Shown here: positions 1 to 7,493 of the stretch, in pieces | Layout: the number at the start of each line of letters is the position of its first letter | Numbering within the stretch: position 1 is the stretch's first letter | Assembly (NCBI GenBank): GCA_046262595.1 | Contig: JBHEMM010000042.1 | Span: 8,235-19,212 of the forward strand | Source: Vulcanimicrobiaceae bacterium | Lineage (GTDB): Bacteria > Vulcanimicrobiota > Vulcanimicrobiia > Vulcanimicrobiales > Vulcanimicrobiaceae | Direction: 5' to 3' | Length of the DNA: 10,978 nt | Made by a program: the position numbers and the translations under genes | Notes under the pieces: model-generated | Told to the model about the DNA's origin: nothing | What the model saw: only the letters and a program-made list of their open reading frames with translations | Database searches by the model: none

Positions 1-408
1 CTCTACGGCCGGCCCGTCGCGCCGGACCAGCTCGCCGCCGCGCTCGCGGAGCATCCCGACGCCGTGGCCGACGCGTCTTGGAACCTGGGCATTCTTTGGA
101 GCCGTGCCGGCCGGCCGGAACGCGCGCTGCAGGCCTACCGGGCGGCGTCGGCGCTTGCGCCGTTCGCCGCGAAGTATTTGCTCGCTGCCGCCTTTCAAGA
201 ACTCGATCTGCACCGCACTGCGCAAGCGCGCAACGGTTTTCTCCGTGCCATCGACGTCGATCCGGCGAGCGCCGATGCCTATGCCGGCGCGGGCATGGCC
301 GCGCTCGTTCGAGGCGATCGGGCGCTCGCGCTGCATTATGCACGCCGCAGCGCCGCGATCGATCCGCGTGGCCATGCGCTGCGCACGCTCGAACGCGCTT
401 TGCGGTGA
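1..408 (+). CDS. Tetratricopeptide repeat (TPR) protein, C-terminal part (5' truncated by window edge)
   Basis: Frame is open from base 1 (LYGRPVAPDQ...) to TGA at 406-408. Helical TPR-like units: ASWNLGILWSRAGRPERALQAYRAASALAP, ARNGFLRAIDVDPASADAYAGAGMAALVRGDRALALHYARRSAAIDP. The stop overlaps the next gene's GTG (GTGA). Confidence 0.8.
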   Translation, partial: LYGRPVAPDQLAAALAEHPDAVADASWNLGILWSRAGRPERALQAYRAASALAPFAAKYLLAAAFQELDLHRTAQARNGFLRAIDVDPASADAYAGAGMAALVRGDRALALHYARRSAAIDPRGHALRTLERALR

Positions 409-1436
409 TCGTCGCACTCGACACCCAATTGGCGCTCGGCACCGCAACGGGCATCGGCGAGTATGCGCGCGGTCTTGCGGGCGCGCTGCGCGCGCAAGGC
501 ATGCACACGATCGAACTGCAGGAGCCGCGCCTGGACCCGTGGCGCTTCGACCGGCGCGTGTGGTGGGATCAGGTGGTGCTGCCGCGGCGCGCGCGCGCCA
601 GCGGCGCCGGCCTGCTGCACTGCACCGCGGGGACGATGCCGCTGCGCGCGCCGCTGCCGCTTGCCGTGACCGTGCACGACGTCGCGTGGCTTAAGGTGCA
701 GCAGCACACCCGCTTTTATGCGCGGTATTATTTCGGCAATTTTTCGCTGCGCCGCTACCGGCAGGCGCGTGCGGTGTTCGTGGATTCTCACTTCTCCAAA
801 AGCGAACTGCTCGGCGCGTGCGATCTGCATGCCGATCGCGTGCACGTCGTCTATCCGGGCGTTGCCGCGGATTACCGCATCCCGCGTCCGGAGCGGGTGC
901 GCGAGCGGTTTGTGCTCGTTCCCGGGACCGTCGAACCGCGCAAAAATCTTGAGGTGCTCGTCCGGGCGCTTGCGCTGCTTGCCGATCTCCGCATCGTGAG
1001 CGTCGGCCCGTTCACGCCGTATCGCGAACGCTGTTTGGCGCTGGCGGATGCACTGCACGTGCGTGACCGGCTGGAACTGCGCGGGTACGTTTCGCGCGCG
1101 GACCTTCTCGAGCTGTACGCGCGATGCGGCGTGGTGGCCGTACCGTCGCGCTATGAAGGCTTCGGCTATGCCGCGGCGCAGGCGCTATGCTCGGGCACGC
1201 CGCTGCTGGTCTCGGATTGTGCCTCGCTTCCCGAAGTTGCAGGCGGCGATGCACCGTCGCTCGATGCGGACGACGCGCATGCATGGGCGCGCGCGATTGC
1301 ATCCGTCCTGGACGATCCGCAAACGGCAGCGCGGCGTGCCGCGGCGGCCGTCGAGCGTGCGCGGGAACGCTTTGCTTGGGATGCGAGCGCGAGAGCCGCG
1401 ATCGCGGTTTACCGGGCGATGTTAGAAAACGGGTGA
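405..1436 (+). CDS. Glycosyltransferase family 4 (GT-B fold, retaining; RfaB/WbaZ-like)
   Basis: GTG at 405 is coupled to the upstream stop, giving MIVALDTQLALGTATGIGEY. Typical GT4 motifs: TVHDVAW, VVYPGV, GTVEPRKNL, GYVSRADLLELY, PSRYEGFG...GTPLLVSD..SLPEVAG, RFAW. The ORF-track start at 78 is an over-extension into the TPR gene. Confidence 0.92.
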   Translation: MIVALDTQLALGTATGIGEYARGLAGALRAQGMHTIELQEPRLDPWRFDRRVWWDQVVLPRRARASGAGLLHCTAGTMPLRAPLPLAVTVHDVAWLKVQQHTRFYARYYFGNFSLRRYRQARAVFVDSHFSKSELLGACDLHADRVHVVYPGVAADYRIPRPERVRERFVLVPGTVEPRKNLEVLVRALALLADLRIVSVGPFTPYRERCLALADALHVRDRLELRGYVSRADLLELYARCGVVAVPSRYEGFGYAAAQALCSGTPLLVSDCASLPEVAGGDAPSLDADDAHAWARAIASVLDDPQTAARRAAAAVERARERFAWDASARAAIAVYRAMLENG

Positions 1437-3053
1437 GCCGGGCGCACCCGGCGCGACGCTGCCGTCGTCCGGCGCGAACACGAGGCGCAGCGGATAGCTC
1501 GAACCGGAATCGGGAATCGTTTCAATCGTTACGCGCACGAACCCGCGTGCCGGCACGATGTATTGGCGCAGCTTGTAACGCGAGAACGGCGGCACTTGAT
1601 GCGATTGCACCAGAACGCCGTCGATGAGATAACTGCCCGTCGCGCGTCCGCCGCGCGGATTTTCGTAGATCGCGATCGGTACGGGACGGCTGCTCGGGTT
1701 CTGTACTTTGATGACGAACGATTGGAGCACGCCATAGTCGCCGGAGAGCGCCTCGCCTTCCAGCGAGTTCGGCAACGGAATTTGCCCGATGGGCAGCTCA
1801 AGGTACTCGTCGTTGACACTCCACAGCCGGCTATAATGAAACTCGGGGATGCTGTAAATGCCGCGGGCGTGCGCATGGCCGCCGGTCAGCAACTCCTCGT
1901 TGGCGATCGGTTCGCCCGGATCGCTCGCCGCATTTTGCGCGAACAGCGTGAGATGCACGGTTCCACCGTTGAGCACGCGCAGCTGCAGCAGCGTGGAGGC
2001 GACGTCTTTAGCAGGAAGCGGCTGCTGCGAGAACTCCATCGTGCCGTTTGCCGGAATCACGATCACGCGCCCTTCGTTCTGCGCGAGATGTTTGAGAAAT
2101 TCGTATGTCGCCACGTGCCCCGCCGCCATCTCGTTCGGGTCGGGGCCGCCTTGGCCGCCGATGTACTGCACGATCGCCGGCTCTTGTGAAAGATTTTGCG
2201 CGCGCAGCACCAGCCGCCGGTCCGGTTCTCCGGGCGGGTTGTAGTGAAAATAGAGGAAGCGCGAGGGTTGCGCGCGTTTGAGGTCCGCCGTGAAAAGCAC
2301 GCCGTTTTCCGTTAGCTTCTCCGGATAATCGCTCACGAGCAGGCGGTCCGGCACGATCTTCGGCGCGGCCAGATTTTCGACTTGAACGTGCACGACGGCA
2401 TCGACCGAAAAATATGCTTCGCCCTGCAGCAAGATCGGCACGGCCAGATTGGCCAGCGTATCCTGCGGCAGGGGTTTATCATAGGCGATTTGATCGGCGC
2501 TCGCCACGATTTGCGCGCCGCTGCGCACTTGCACGAGCGTCAAGGCGGCGCGCAATGCTTCGCTCTTCACGAATGCGGCGCTCGCCGGGTCACCGGTGAT
2601 GCGGATCGAGATATTCGATTCGACGCTGCCGGCCAGAAACGCGACGCGCACCGGAACCGCAACCGTGACGCCGCGCTGATCGGCAATCGTCAGCGTGGCT
2701 GCGCCCGGGGCCCGGCCGGTAAGCGTTACGGTTTGCGCCGTTTGATCGATCGCCGCATCCGCAACGCCGGCGGGCGCAAGCGTTGCAGTAAGCGTGCCGA
2801 GCGCGGAGCCGACGTGAAGGCTCTGCGAAGCGCCCACGGCGACTTGCGCGGCGGCGGGCTGCACCAGAATCGGCGGCGGCGTCGGTGATACCGTTGAAGA
2901 CGGTGAGGGCTGCGCCGAAGCGCTTGCGGCCGGCGATGCGCCCGGCGTGGCCGAAGGCGCAGGCGGATCGATCTGCTGCGCGCGCGTTGCGGCGTAGCCG
3001 CCGAAAACGCAAACTGCAGCAAGCGCAACGCTGCGCAGGCGCCGGAGCATCAC
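1422..3053 (-). CDS. Secreted hypothetical protein: signal peptide, Pro/Ser linker, Ig-like (pilus-formation N-terminal-like) domain, large uncharacterised beta-rich C-terminal domain
   Basis: 543-aa ORF (GTG 3053 or ATG 3050). N-terminus MLRRLRSVALAAVCVFGGYAATRA-QQ looks like a Sec signal with an A-x-A site. It is followed by a P/S/A-rich linker and VAVGASQSLHV...VADAAIDQTAQTVTLTGRAPGAATLTIADQRG, which resembles Ig-like/T2SS-T3SS_pil_N domains. The C-terminal region has LLVSDYPE, RFLYFHYN and GDYGV motifs. Confidence 0.8.
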   Translation of the reverse strand: MMLRRLRSVALAAVCVFGGYAATRAQQIDPPAPSATPGASPAASASAQPSPSSTVSPTPPPILVQPAAAQVAVGASQSLHVGSALGTLTATLAPAGVADAAIDQTAQTVTLTGRAPGAATLTIADQRGVTVAVPVRVAFLAGSVESNISIRITGDPASAAFVKSEALRAALTLVQVRSGAQIVASADQIAYDKPLPQDTLANLAVPILLQGEAYFSVDAVVHVQVENLAAPKIVPDRLLVSDYPEKLTENGVLFTADLKRAQPSRFLYFHYNPPGEPDRRLVLRAQNLSQEPAIVQYIGGQGGPDPNEMAAGHVATYEFLKHLAQNEGRVIVIPANGTMEFSQQPLPAKDVASTLLQLRVLNGGTVHLTLFAQNAASDPGEPIANEELLTGGHAHARGIYSIPEFHYSRLWSVNDEYLELPIGQIPLPNSLEGEALSGDYGVLQSFVIKVQNPSSRPVPIAIYENPRGGRATGSYLIDGVLVQSHQVPPFSRYKLRQYIVPARGFVRVTIETIPDSGSSYPLRLVFAPDDGSVAPGAPGSPVF

Positions 3054-3060
3054 CGCGGGT

Positions 3061-4740
3061 TCAGGCGATCTTGGCTTCGGCGCGGCTTACCGCGGAGGCG
3101 AGCAGCGTCTTGTAGCCGACACTGGGGAAAAGCACCGTCACCAAGTCCTTTTCCGTGCGCTCGACCGTGCCCTGTCCGAACTTGGGATGATACACGATGT
3201 CCGCGATGCGGTAGCCGCCCACAGGCCGCTCGATCTCGCCGCGCGTCATCGTGCGCGCCGGCAGCAGGCGCTGTTTCGAACCGGCATGCAGGCAGTTATC
3301 ACATGCACCGCAGTTCGCGCTGCCGTAATCCTCACCGAAGTAGTTGAGAATAAACCGCCGGCGGCACGACGTCGTTTCGGCGTACTGCAGCATCATCGCG
3401 AGCTTACTTTGATCGTACGATTTCTTCGTGTCGTAGCTGGCCAGGTTGAGCACCAGATCGCGGTTCTTGCGCGCCGCATCGGTGAGCGCATACTTCGAGC
3501 GGCTGCTGGTATGAATGAAGCCGCCCTTTTTAAGCAGCGCCAAGATCACCTTGAGCTTCGTGAGCGGCAGCTGCAGAATCTTCCGCAGGTCGGTCATCGA
3601 TACGCCGCCTTCCTGGGCGCCGAAAATTTCGAGCGTCCCGAAGACTTTCTGCACTTCTTCGATGTCGGGATACTTGCCCGTCAGGAAGTAGTTCTGCACG
3701 CGCGTGTCGCTCATGCGGTAGATCAGCGTGCAGTGCGAGGTCAGACCGTCGCGCCCCGAGCGTCCGGCTTCCTGCGTGTACGCTTCAACTGAGCCGGGCA
3801 GATCGTAATGCACGACGAAGCGGATGTTCGGCTTGTCGATGCCCAGGCCGAACGCGTTCGTTGCGACGACCGCGCGGATCGTCTCGTTCATGAACAGTTC
3901 GTGCACGGACGTGCGGTCTTGCTTTTGCAGTTTGGAATGATAGAGCGCCGCCGGAATATCGAGCTGATCCTGGAGATATTTCTGCACTTCGAGCGCGTTT
4001 TTGATCGTCGCGGTGTAAATGATTCCGGTTCCCTGGAGCTCGTCGTTCGTGAACAACTGCTTGAGGATCTTGAATTTATCGGCTTCTTTCTCCGCGCGGC
4101 GCACCTCGTACACCAGGTTCGGGCGGTCGAAACCCTTGACGATCGGTTTGACCGACGGAATGCCGAGCTGATGCAAAATGTCTTCGCGCACGGCGGGCGT
4201 TGCGGTGGCCGTGAGCGCGAGGACGGTCGGGTGCCCCAGGCGTTCGATGATGTGTCCCAGAGCCAGGTATGCCGGGCGGAAATCGTGGCCCCACTGGCTG
4301 ATGCAGTGCGCTTCGTCAACGACGAACAGCGGCACGTTGATGCCCGAAAGCAGCTGCATGAACCGTTCGTCTTCCAATTTTTCCGGCGTGACGAAAACGA
4401 TCTTGATCGATCCGCCCGCGATGCGCGCGAGCGCTGCGGCTTCCTGGTCTTCGGAGAGCGTCGAGTTCAGGGCGACGACGTCTTTGACGCCCAGCTGGCT
4501 GAGCATGTCGATCTGATCTTTCATCAGCGCGATCAGCGGACTCACGACGACCGTCGTGCCTTCCAGCAGCAGCGCCGGCAGTTGATACGTCAGGCTCTTG
4601 CCCGCGCCGGTGGCTAAAATGGCAAGCGTATCGGCCCCCTCGAGCACGCGCAGGACGACCTCTTCCTGGCCCGGCTGGAATGACTCGAAACCGAACTTCT
4701 CTCGAAGCGCAGCCCGCAAATCCACGTTGTACCTCTTCAT
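3061..4740 (-). CDS. recQ: RecQ-family ATP-dependent DNA helicase (no HRDC; HTH-like insert, Zn-binding module, C-terminal Tudor-like domain)
   Basis: Motif 0 FGFESFQPGQ, Walker A TGAGKSLTYQLPA, VVSPLIALMKDQ, DEAHCISQWGHDFRP, ALTATAT, VATNAFGLGIDKPNIRFVVH, motif VI QEAGRSGRDG, Zn module CRRRFILNYFGE...CGACDNC. Family assignment is firm; orthology to canonical recQ is less so. Confidence 0.93.
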   Translation of the reverse strand: MKRYNVDLRAALREKFGFESFQPGQEEVVLRVLEGADTLAILATGAGKSLTYQLPALLLEGTTVVVSPLIALMKDQIDMLSQLGVKDVVALNSTLSEDQEAAALARIAGGSIKIVFVTPEKLEDERFMQLLSGINVPLFVVDEAHCISQWGHDFRPAYLALGHIIERLGHPTVLALTATATPAVREDILHQLGIPSVKPIVKGFDRPNLVYEVRRAEKEADKFKILKQLFTNDELQGTGIIYTATIKNALEVQKYLQDQLDIPAALYHSKLQKQDRTSVHELFMNETIRAVVATNAFGLGIDKPNIRFVVHYDLPGSVEAYTQEAGRSGRDGLTSHCTLIYRMSDTRVQNYFLTGKYPDIEEVQKVFGTLEIFGAQEGGVSMTDLRKILQLPLTKLKVILALLKKGGFIHTSSRSKYALTDAARKNRDLVLNLASYDTKKSYDQSKLAMMLQYAETTSCRRRFILNYFGEDYGSANCGACDNCLHAGSKQRLLPARTMTRGEIERPVGGYRIADIVYHPKFGQGTVERTEKDLVTVLFPSVGYKTLLASAVSRAEAKIA

Positions 4741-4808
4741 TTTTTCAACGCCCGAAGGGGACGCGCTTTGCCGCTTCCGTTAAATAACGAACAGCGGTCT
4801 CGAGGCTA

Positions 4809-4814
4809 AGTATA
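4809..4814 (-). promoter_or_regulatory. Putative sigma70 -10 element (TATACT) for recQ
   Basis: Minus strand reads GGGG-TATACT-TAGCC about 70 nt upstream of the recQ ATG, in the divergent recQ/dnaX intergenic region. No convincing -35 element. Confidence 0.45.
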
Positions 4815-4858
4815 CCCCGCGGCAGGCGCGGCGAAACAGCGAAAAGTAGTACCGGGAC

Positions 4859-6499
4859 GTGTCCCTGTATCGTACCTGGCGTCCCCAGAGTTTTAGCGGG
4901 CTCGTGGGCCAAGACGCTGTCGTCCGCACCCTTTCGAGCGCGCTTGAATCCGGCAAACTCGCCCATGCCTACCTTTTTTCCGGCCCGCGCGGGTCCGGTA
5001 AAACGAGCGCCGCGAAAATTTTAGCGCGCTGCATCAATTGCGTGAACGGTCCGACGCCCACGCCCGACAATACGTGCGAGAACTGCCGCGCAATCCTCGC
5101 GGGAACGGCGCTGGACGTGCTGGAGATCGACGCGGCGAGCAACCGCGGCATCGACGAAATCCGCGCGCTGCGCGATGCGGTCAAGTTCGCGCCGGCGGCC
5201 ATGCGCAAAAAAGTGTACATCATCGACGAAGCGCACATGCTCACCAAAGAAGGCGCCAACGCGTTTTTGAAAACGCTCGAAGAACCTCCGGATCATGCCG
5301 TTTTTATCTTGGCGACCACCGAGCCCGAGAAGCTGCCCGTCACGATCCTCTCGCGCTGCCAGCGGTATGCGTTCCGGCGGATCGCGATTCCGGTGATGAT
5401 CGGGCGGATGCGTGCAATCGCCGCGGCGGAACACATTGCGATCGACGACGCTGCGCTGACCGCCATCGCTTACCGTGCGGACGGCGGATTACGCGACGCC
5501 CTTACGATGCTCGAACAGGCGGCTTCCTTTGCCGACGGTCCCATCACGCCCGTAACGATCGACCGGGCGTTCGGCGCCACGGGCCGCGACTACGCCGGCG
5601 CGCTGGTGGACCAGATCATCGCGCGCGAGGCGGGGGCGATGCTCTCAACGATCCACGACGCGAGCGATTCGGGCGCGGACATGCAGGTGCTGGTGCGAAG
5701 TTTGATCGCCGAGTTCCGCAATATGCTTGTCGGCCGAATCGACCCGGCACAGCTGGCGCGTGATTTGGCCGCTGAGGACGCGCAAACGGCCGCGGCACGC
5801 GGCAGAAAGCTGACGCAGACGCAGATTTTGCGCGCTCTACGCTTGCTTACGGAGGCCCTTGCGACGGCGCGCTCTTCCGGGCATCCGCGCCTGGAACTCG
5901 AAAGCGCGCTCCTGCGCTACGTGTTCGCGGCTGAAGACGCGACGTTCGATGCGCTCTCCGCGCGCATCAGCGCGCTGGAAGAGGGCAACGCCCTCTCGCC
6001 GCTGATGCCGGCCGCCCGCATCGAACCCCCGCGCGCGCCGCCGCAACAGTCTGCGGCAGCGCCGCCCGAACCGGCAGCCCAACCGGCACCCGAACCGGCG
6101 CGCGAACCGGCGCGCGAACCGGAACCCATGCCTGCGCCGGCTTCCGCACCCGGCGGACCGCTCACGATTCAGAAAGTGCGCGCCGCGTGGCAAAATATCC
6201 GCACGAACATCGAGAGCGAAAAGCAATCGCTGCGGGTGCAGCTGGCGCGCGCAGTTCCCGAGGCGCTCGAGGGCAATGCGCTTGTCATCAAACTGCCAAG
6301 CTCGTTCATGGCCGAAACGCTGCGCGACCATGCGAAGCTGGTGGAGAAAGCGATGGCCGAGGTGCTCGGCACGCCGATCAAGGCAATCTTCAAAGTCGAA
6401 GGGGCGGCGCGCGGCAAAGGCGCGGCAGAAGCGCAGGCACCCGCGTCGAACGACAACCCCGAAGAACTTTTCACCTATCTCAACGAGCGGATAAAATAA
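4859..6499 (+). CDS. dnaX: DNA polymerase III subunit gamma/tau
   Basis: SLYRTWRPQSF, HAYLFSGPRGSGKTS (Walker A), Zn-binding Cys cluster INCVNGPTPTPDNTCENC, EIDAASNRGIDEIR, IIDEAHMLT, KTLEEPP, TILSRCQ, GGLRDA. Pro-rich linker and C-terminal tau domain. Synteny with ybaB and recR. Confidence 0.98.
   Translation: MSLYRTWRPQSFSGLVGQDAVVRTLSSALESGKLAHAYLFSGPRGSGKTSAAKILARCINCVNGPTPTPDNTCENCRAILAGTALDVLEIDAASNRGIDEIRALRDAVKFAPAAMRKKVYIIDEAHMLTKEGANAFLKTLEEPPDHAVFILATTEPEKLPVTILSRCQRYAFRRIAIPVMIGRMRAIAAAEHIAIDDAALTAIAYRADGGLRDALTMLEQAASFADGPITPVTIDRAFGATGRDYAGALVDQIIAREAGAMLSTIHDASDSGADMQVLVRSLIAEFRNMLVGRIDPAQLARDLAAEDAQTAAARGRKLTQTQILRALRLLTEALATARSSGHPRLELESALLRYVFAAEDATFDALSARISALEEGNALSPLMPAARIEPPRAPPQQSAAAPPEPAAQPAPEPAREPAREPEPMPAPASAPGGPLTIQKVRAAWQNIRTNIESEKQSLRVQLARAVPEALEGNALVIKLPSSFMAETLRDHAKLVEKAMAEVLGTPIKAIFKVEGAARGKGAAEAQAPASNDNPEELFTYLNERIK
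6068..6127 (+). repeat. Five-copy imperfect 12-bp tandem repeat in the dnaX linker
   Basis: Units gaaccggcagcc / caaccggcaccc / gaaccggcgcgc / gaaccggcgcgc / gaaccggaaccc encode EPAA-QPAP-EPAR-EPAR-EPEP. Confidence 0.85.
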
Positions 6500-6807
6500 T
6501 GAATCAAGCACAGCTCATGGCGCAGATGCGCAAGATGCAGCAAGAGATGGCGAAAGCACAAGACGAGCTTGCCAACACGGTCGTAACCGGTACCGCCGGC
6601 GGCGAGAGCGTAAAAGTGGAGATCAGCGGCGACCACCGCGTCAAAAGCGTAACCATCGCCAAAGCGGTCATCGATCCCGAAGACGCCGAGACACTCGAAG
6701 ATCTGCTCGTGGTGGCGCTCAACGACGCTTTAAAACGAGTTGAAGACACCGCGCAAAGCCGCATGGGCCGGCTCACGGGCGGAATGAAAATACCCGGACT
6801 CATGTGA
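6499..6807 (+). CDS. ybaB: YbaB/EbfC family nucleoid-associated protein
   Basis: ATG at 6499 overlaps the dnaX stop (TAATG). 102 aa, MNQAQLMAQMRKMQQEMAKAQDEL...VTGTAGGESVKVEISGD...IDPEDAETLEDLLVVALNDA...LTGGMKIPGLM. Lies between dnaX and recR. Confidence 0.96.
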   Translation: MNQAQLMAQMRKMQQEMAKAQDELANTVVTGTAGGESVKVEISGDHRVKSVTIAKAVIDPEDAETLEDLLVVALNDALKRVEDTAQSRMGRLTGGMKIPGLM

Positions 6808-7406
6808 GGAGCGCGCTCGCCGGCCCCGTTCAAGCGCTCATCAACGAGTTCAGTAAGCTGCCGACCGTTGGCCCAAAAACGGCCGCGCGGCTGGTCTTCC
6901 ACCTGCTCAATCGTCCCCGCAGCGAAGCGCAGGCGCTGGCGGAAGCAATCGTCGCGCTCAAGGACCGCGTCCGCTTGTGCTCGTTGTGTTTTTCGATCAC
7001 GGAAGAGGATCCGTGCTCGATCTGCAGCGACGATCGGCGCGAAGGTTCGATGATCTGCGCCGTTGCGGAGGCGAAAGACGTTTTTGCCCTCGAACGCACC
7101 GGTGCCTATAAAGGCCTGTATCATGTGATCGGCGGCCTGATCTCTCCGATGGACGGCATCGGCCCCGCGCAGCTGCGCGTCAAGGAGCTGATCGATCGCA
7201 TTGGAGCGCAGTCGCCGGCGGAGATCATCATTGCCACCAATCCCAACGCGGAAGGGGAAGCGACCGCGCTATATCTCTCGCGTCTGCTTACGCCGCTGGG
7301 AGTAAGCGTGACGCGTCTTGCGTACGGACTGCCGATTGGCGGCGATTTGGACTACGCCGACGAGGTCACGCTCGCGCGCGCAATCGAGGGCCGCCGCGCG
7401 CTGTGA
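6804..7406 (+). CDS. recR: Recombination mediator RecR
   Basis: HhH KLPTVGPKTAARL, C4 Zn finger CSLCFSITEEDPCSIC, YHVIGGLISPMDGIGP, TOPRIM IIIATNPNAEGEATALY, TRLAYGLPIGGDLDYADEVTL. GTGA overlap with ybaB. Confidence 0.98.
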   Translation: MRSALAGPVQALINEFSKLPTVGPKTAARLVFHLLNRPRSEAQALAEAIVALKDRVRLCSLCFSITEEDPCSICSDDRREGSMICAVAEAKDVFALERTGAYKGLYHVIGGLISPMDGIGPAQLRVKELIDRIGAQSPAEIIIATNPNAEGEATALYLSRLLTPLGVSVTRLAYGLPIGGDLDYADEVTLARAIEGRRAL

Positions 7407-7457
7407 GCGTGATGCTCCGAGCTCGCGCCCACCGCGCGCCGTACGGCTACGCCTTCA

Positions 7458-7487
7458 TTGCGCGAGCGTTGACTTTGTGATACAAAG
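7458..7487 (+). promoter_or_regulatory. Putative promoter with palindromic operator CTTTGT-GAT-ACAAAG
   Basis: Perfect 6-bp inverted repeat at 7473-7487, an AT-rich island in GC-rich DNA. It overlaps a candidate TTGCGC(7458)-17 nt-TACAAA(7481) promoter with an extended -10 TG, directly upstream of an operon encoding a wHTH regulator. Confidence 0.7.
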
Positions 7488-7493
7488 GTGCTT

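Noticed and set aside
4746..4766. Small hairpin just upstream of the recQ start as a riboswitch or regulatory RNA
   Set aside because: Only about 6 bp with G-U pairs and no known aptamer features.
4788..4802. LexA/SOS box candidate CGAACAGCGGTCTCG between recQ and dnaX
   Set aside because: The right half-site is GTCT rather than GTTC at the correct spacing, and the cognate LexA motif is unknown. Too weak.
4741..4858. SRP RNA (ffs/scr), often found upstream of dnaX
   Set aside because: The 118-bp gap lacks the conserved domain IV motif (CAGG..CGGAAGG.AGCAG) on either strand.
5206..5213. A6G run in dnaX as a programmed -1 frameshift site producing gamma
   Set aside because: It is read C-AAA-AAA-G (wrong phase for A-AAA-AAG) and lies inside the ATPase domain. 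No slippery heptamer or long A-run was seen near the linker.
7403..7480. 25-aa ORF coupled to the recR stop (MSVMLRARAHRAPYGYAFIARALTL), and an 8-bp inverted repeat at 7421-7428/7460-7467
   Set aside because: No recognisable motif and it runs over the promoter/operator. The repeat has a 31-nt loop and no U-tract, so it is not a convincing terminator. Both are expected by chance at this GC content.
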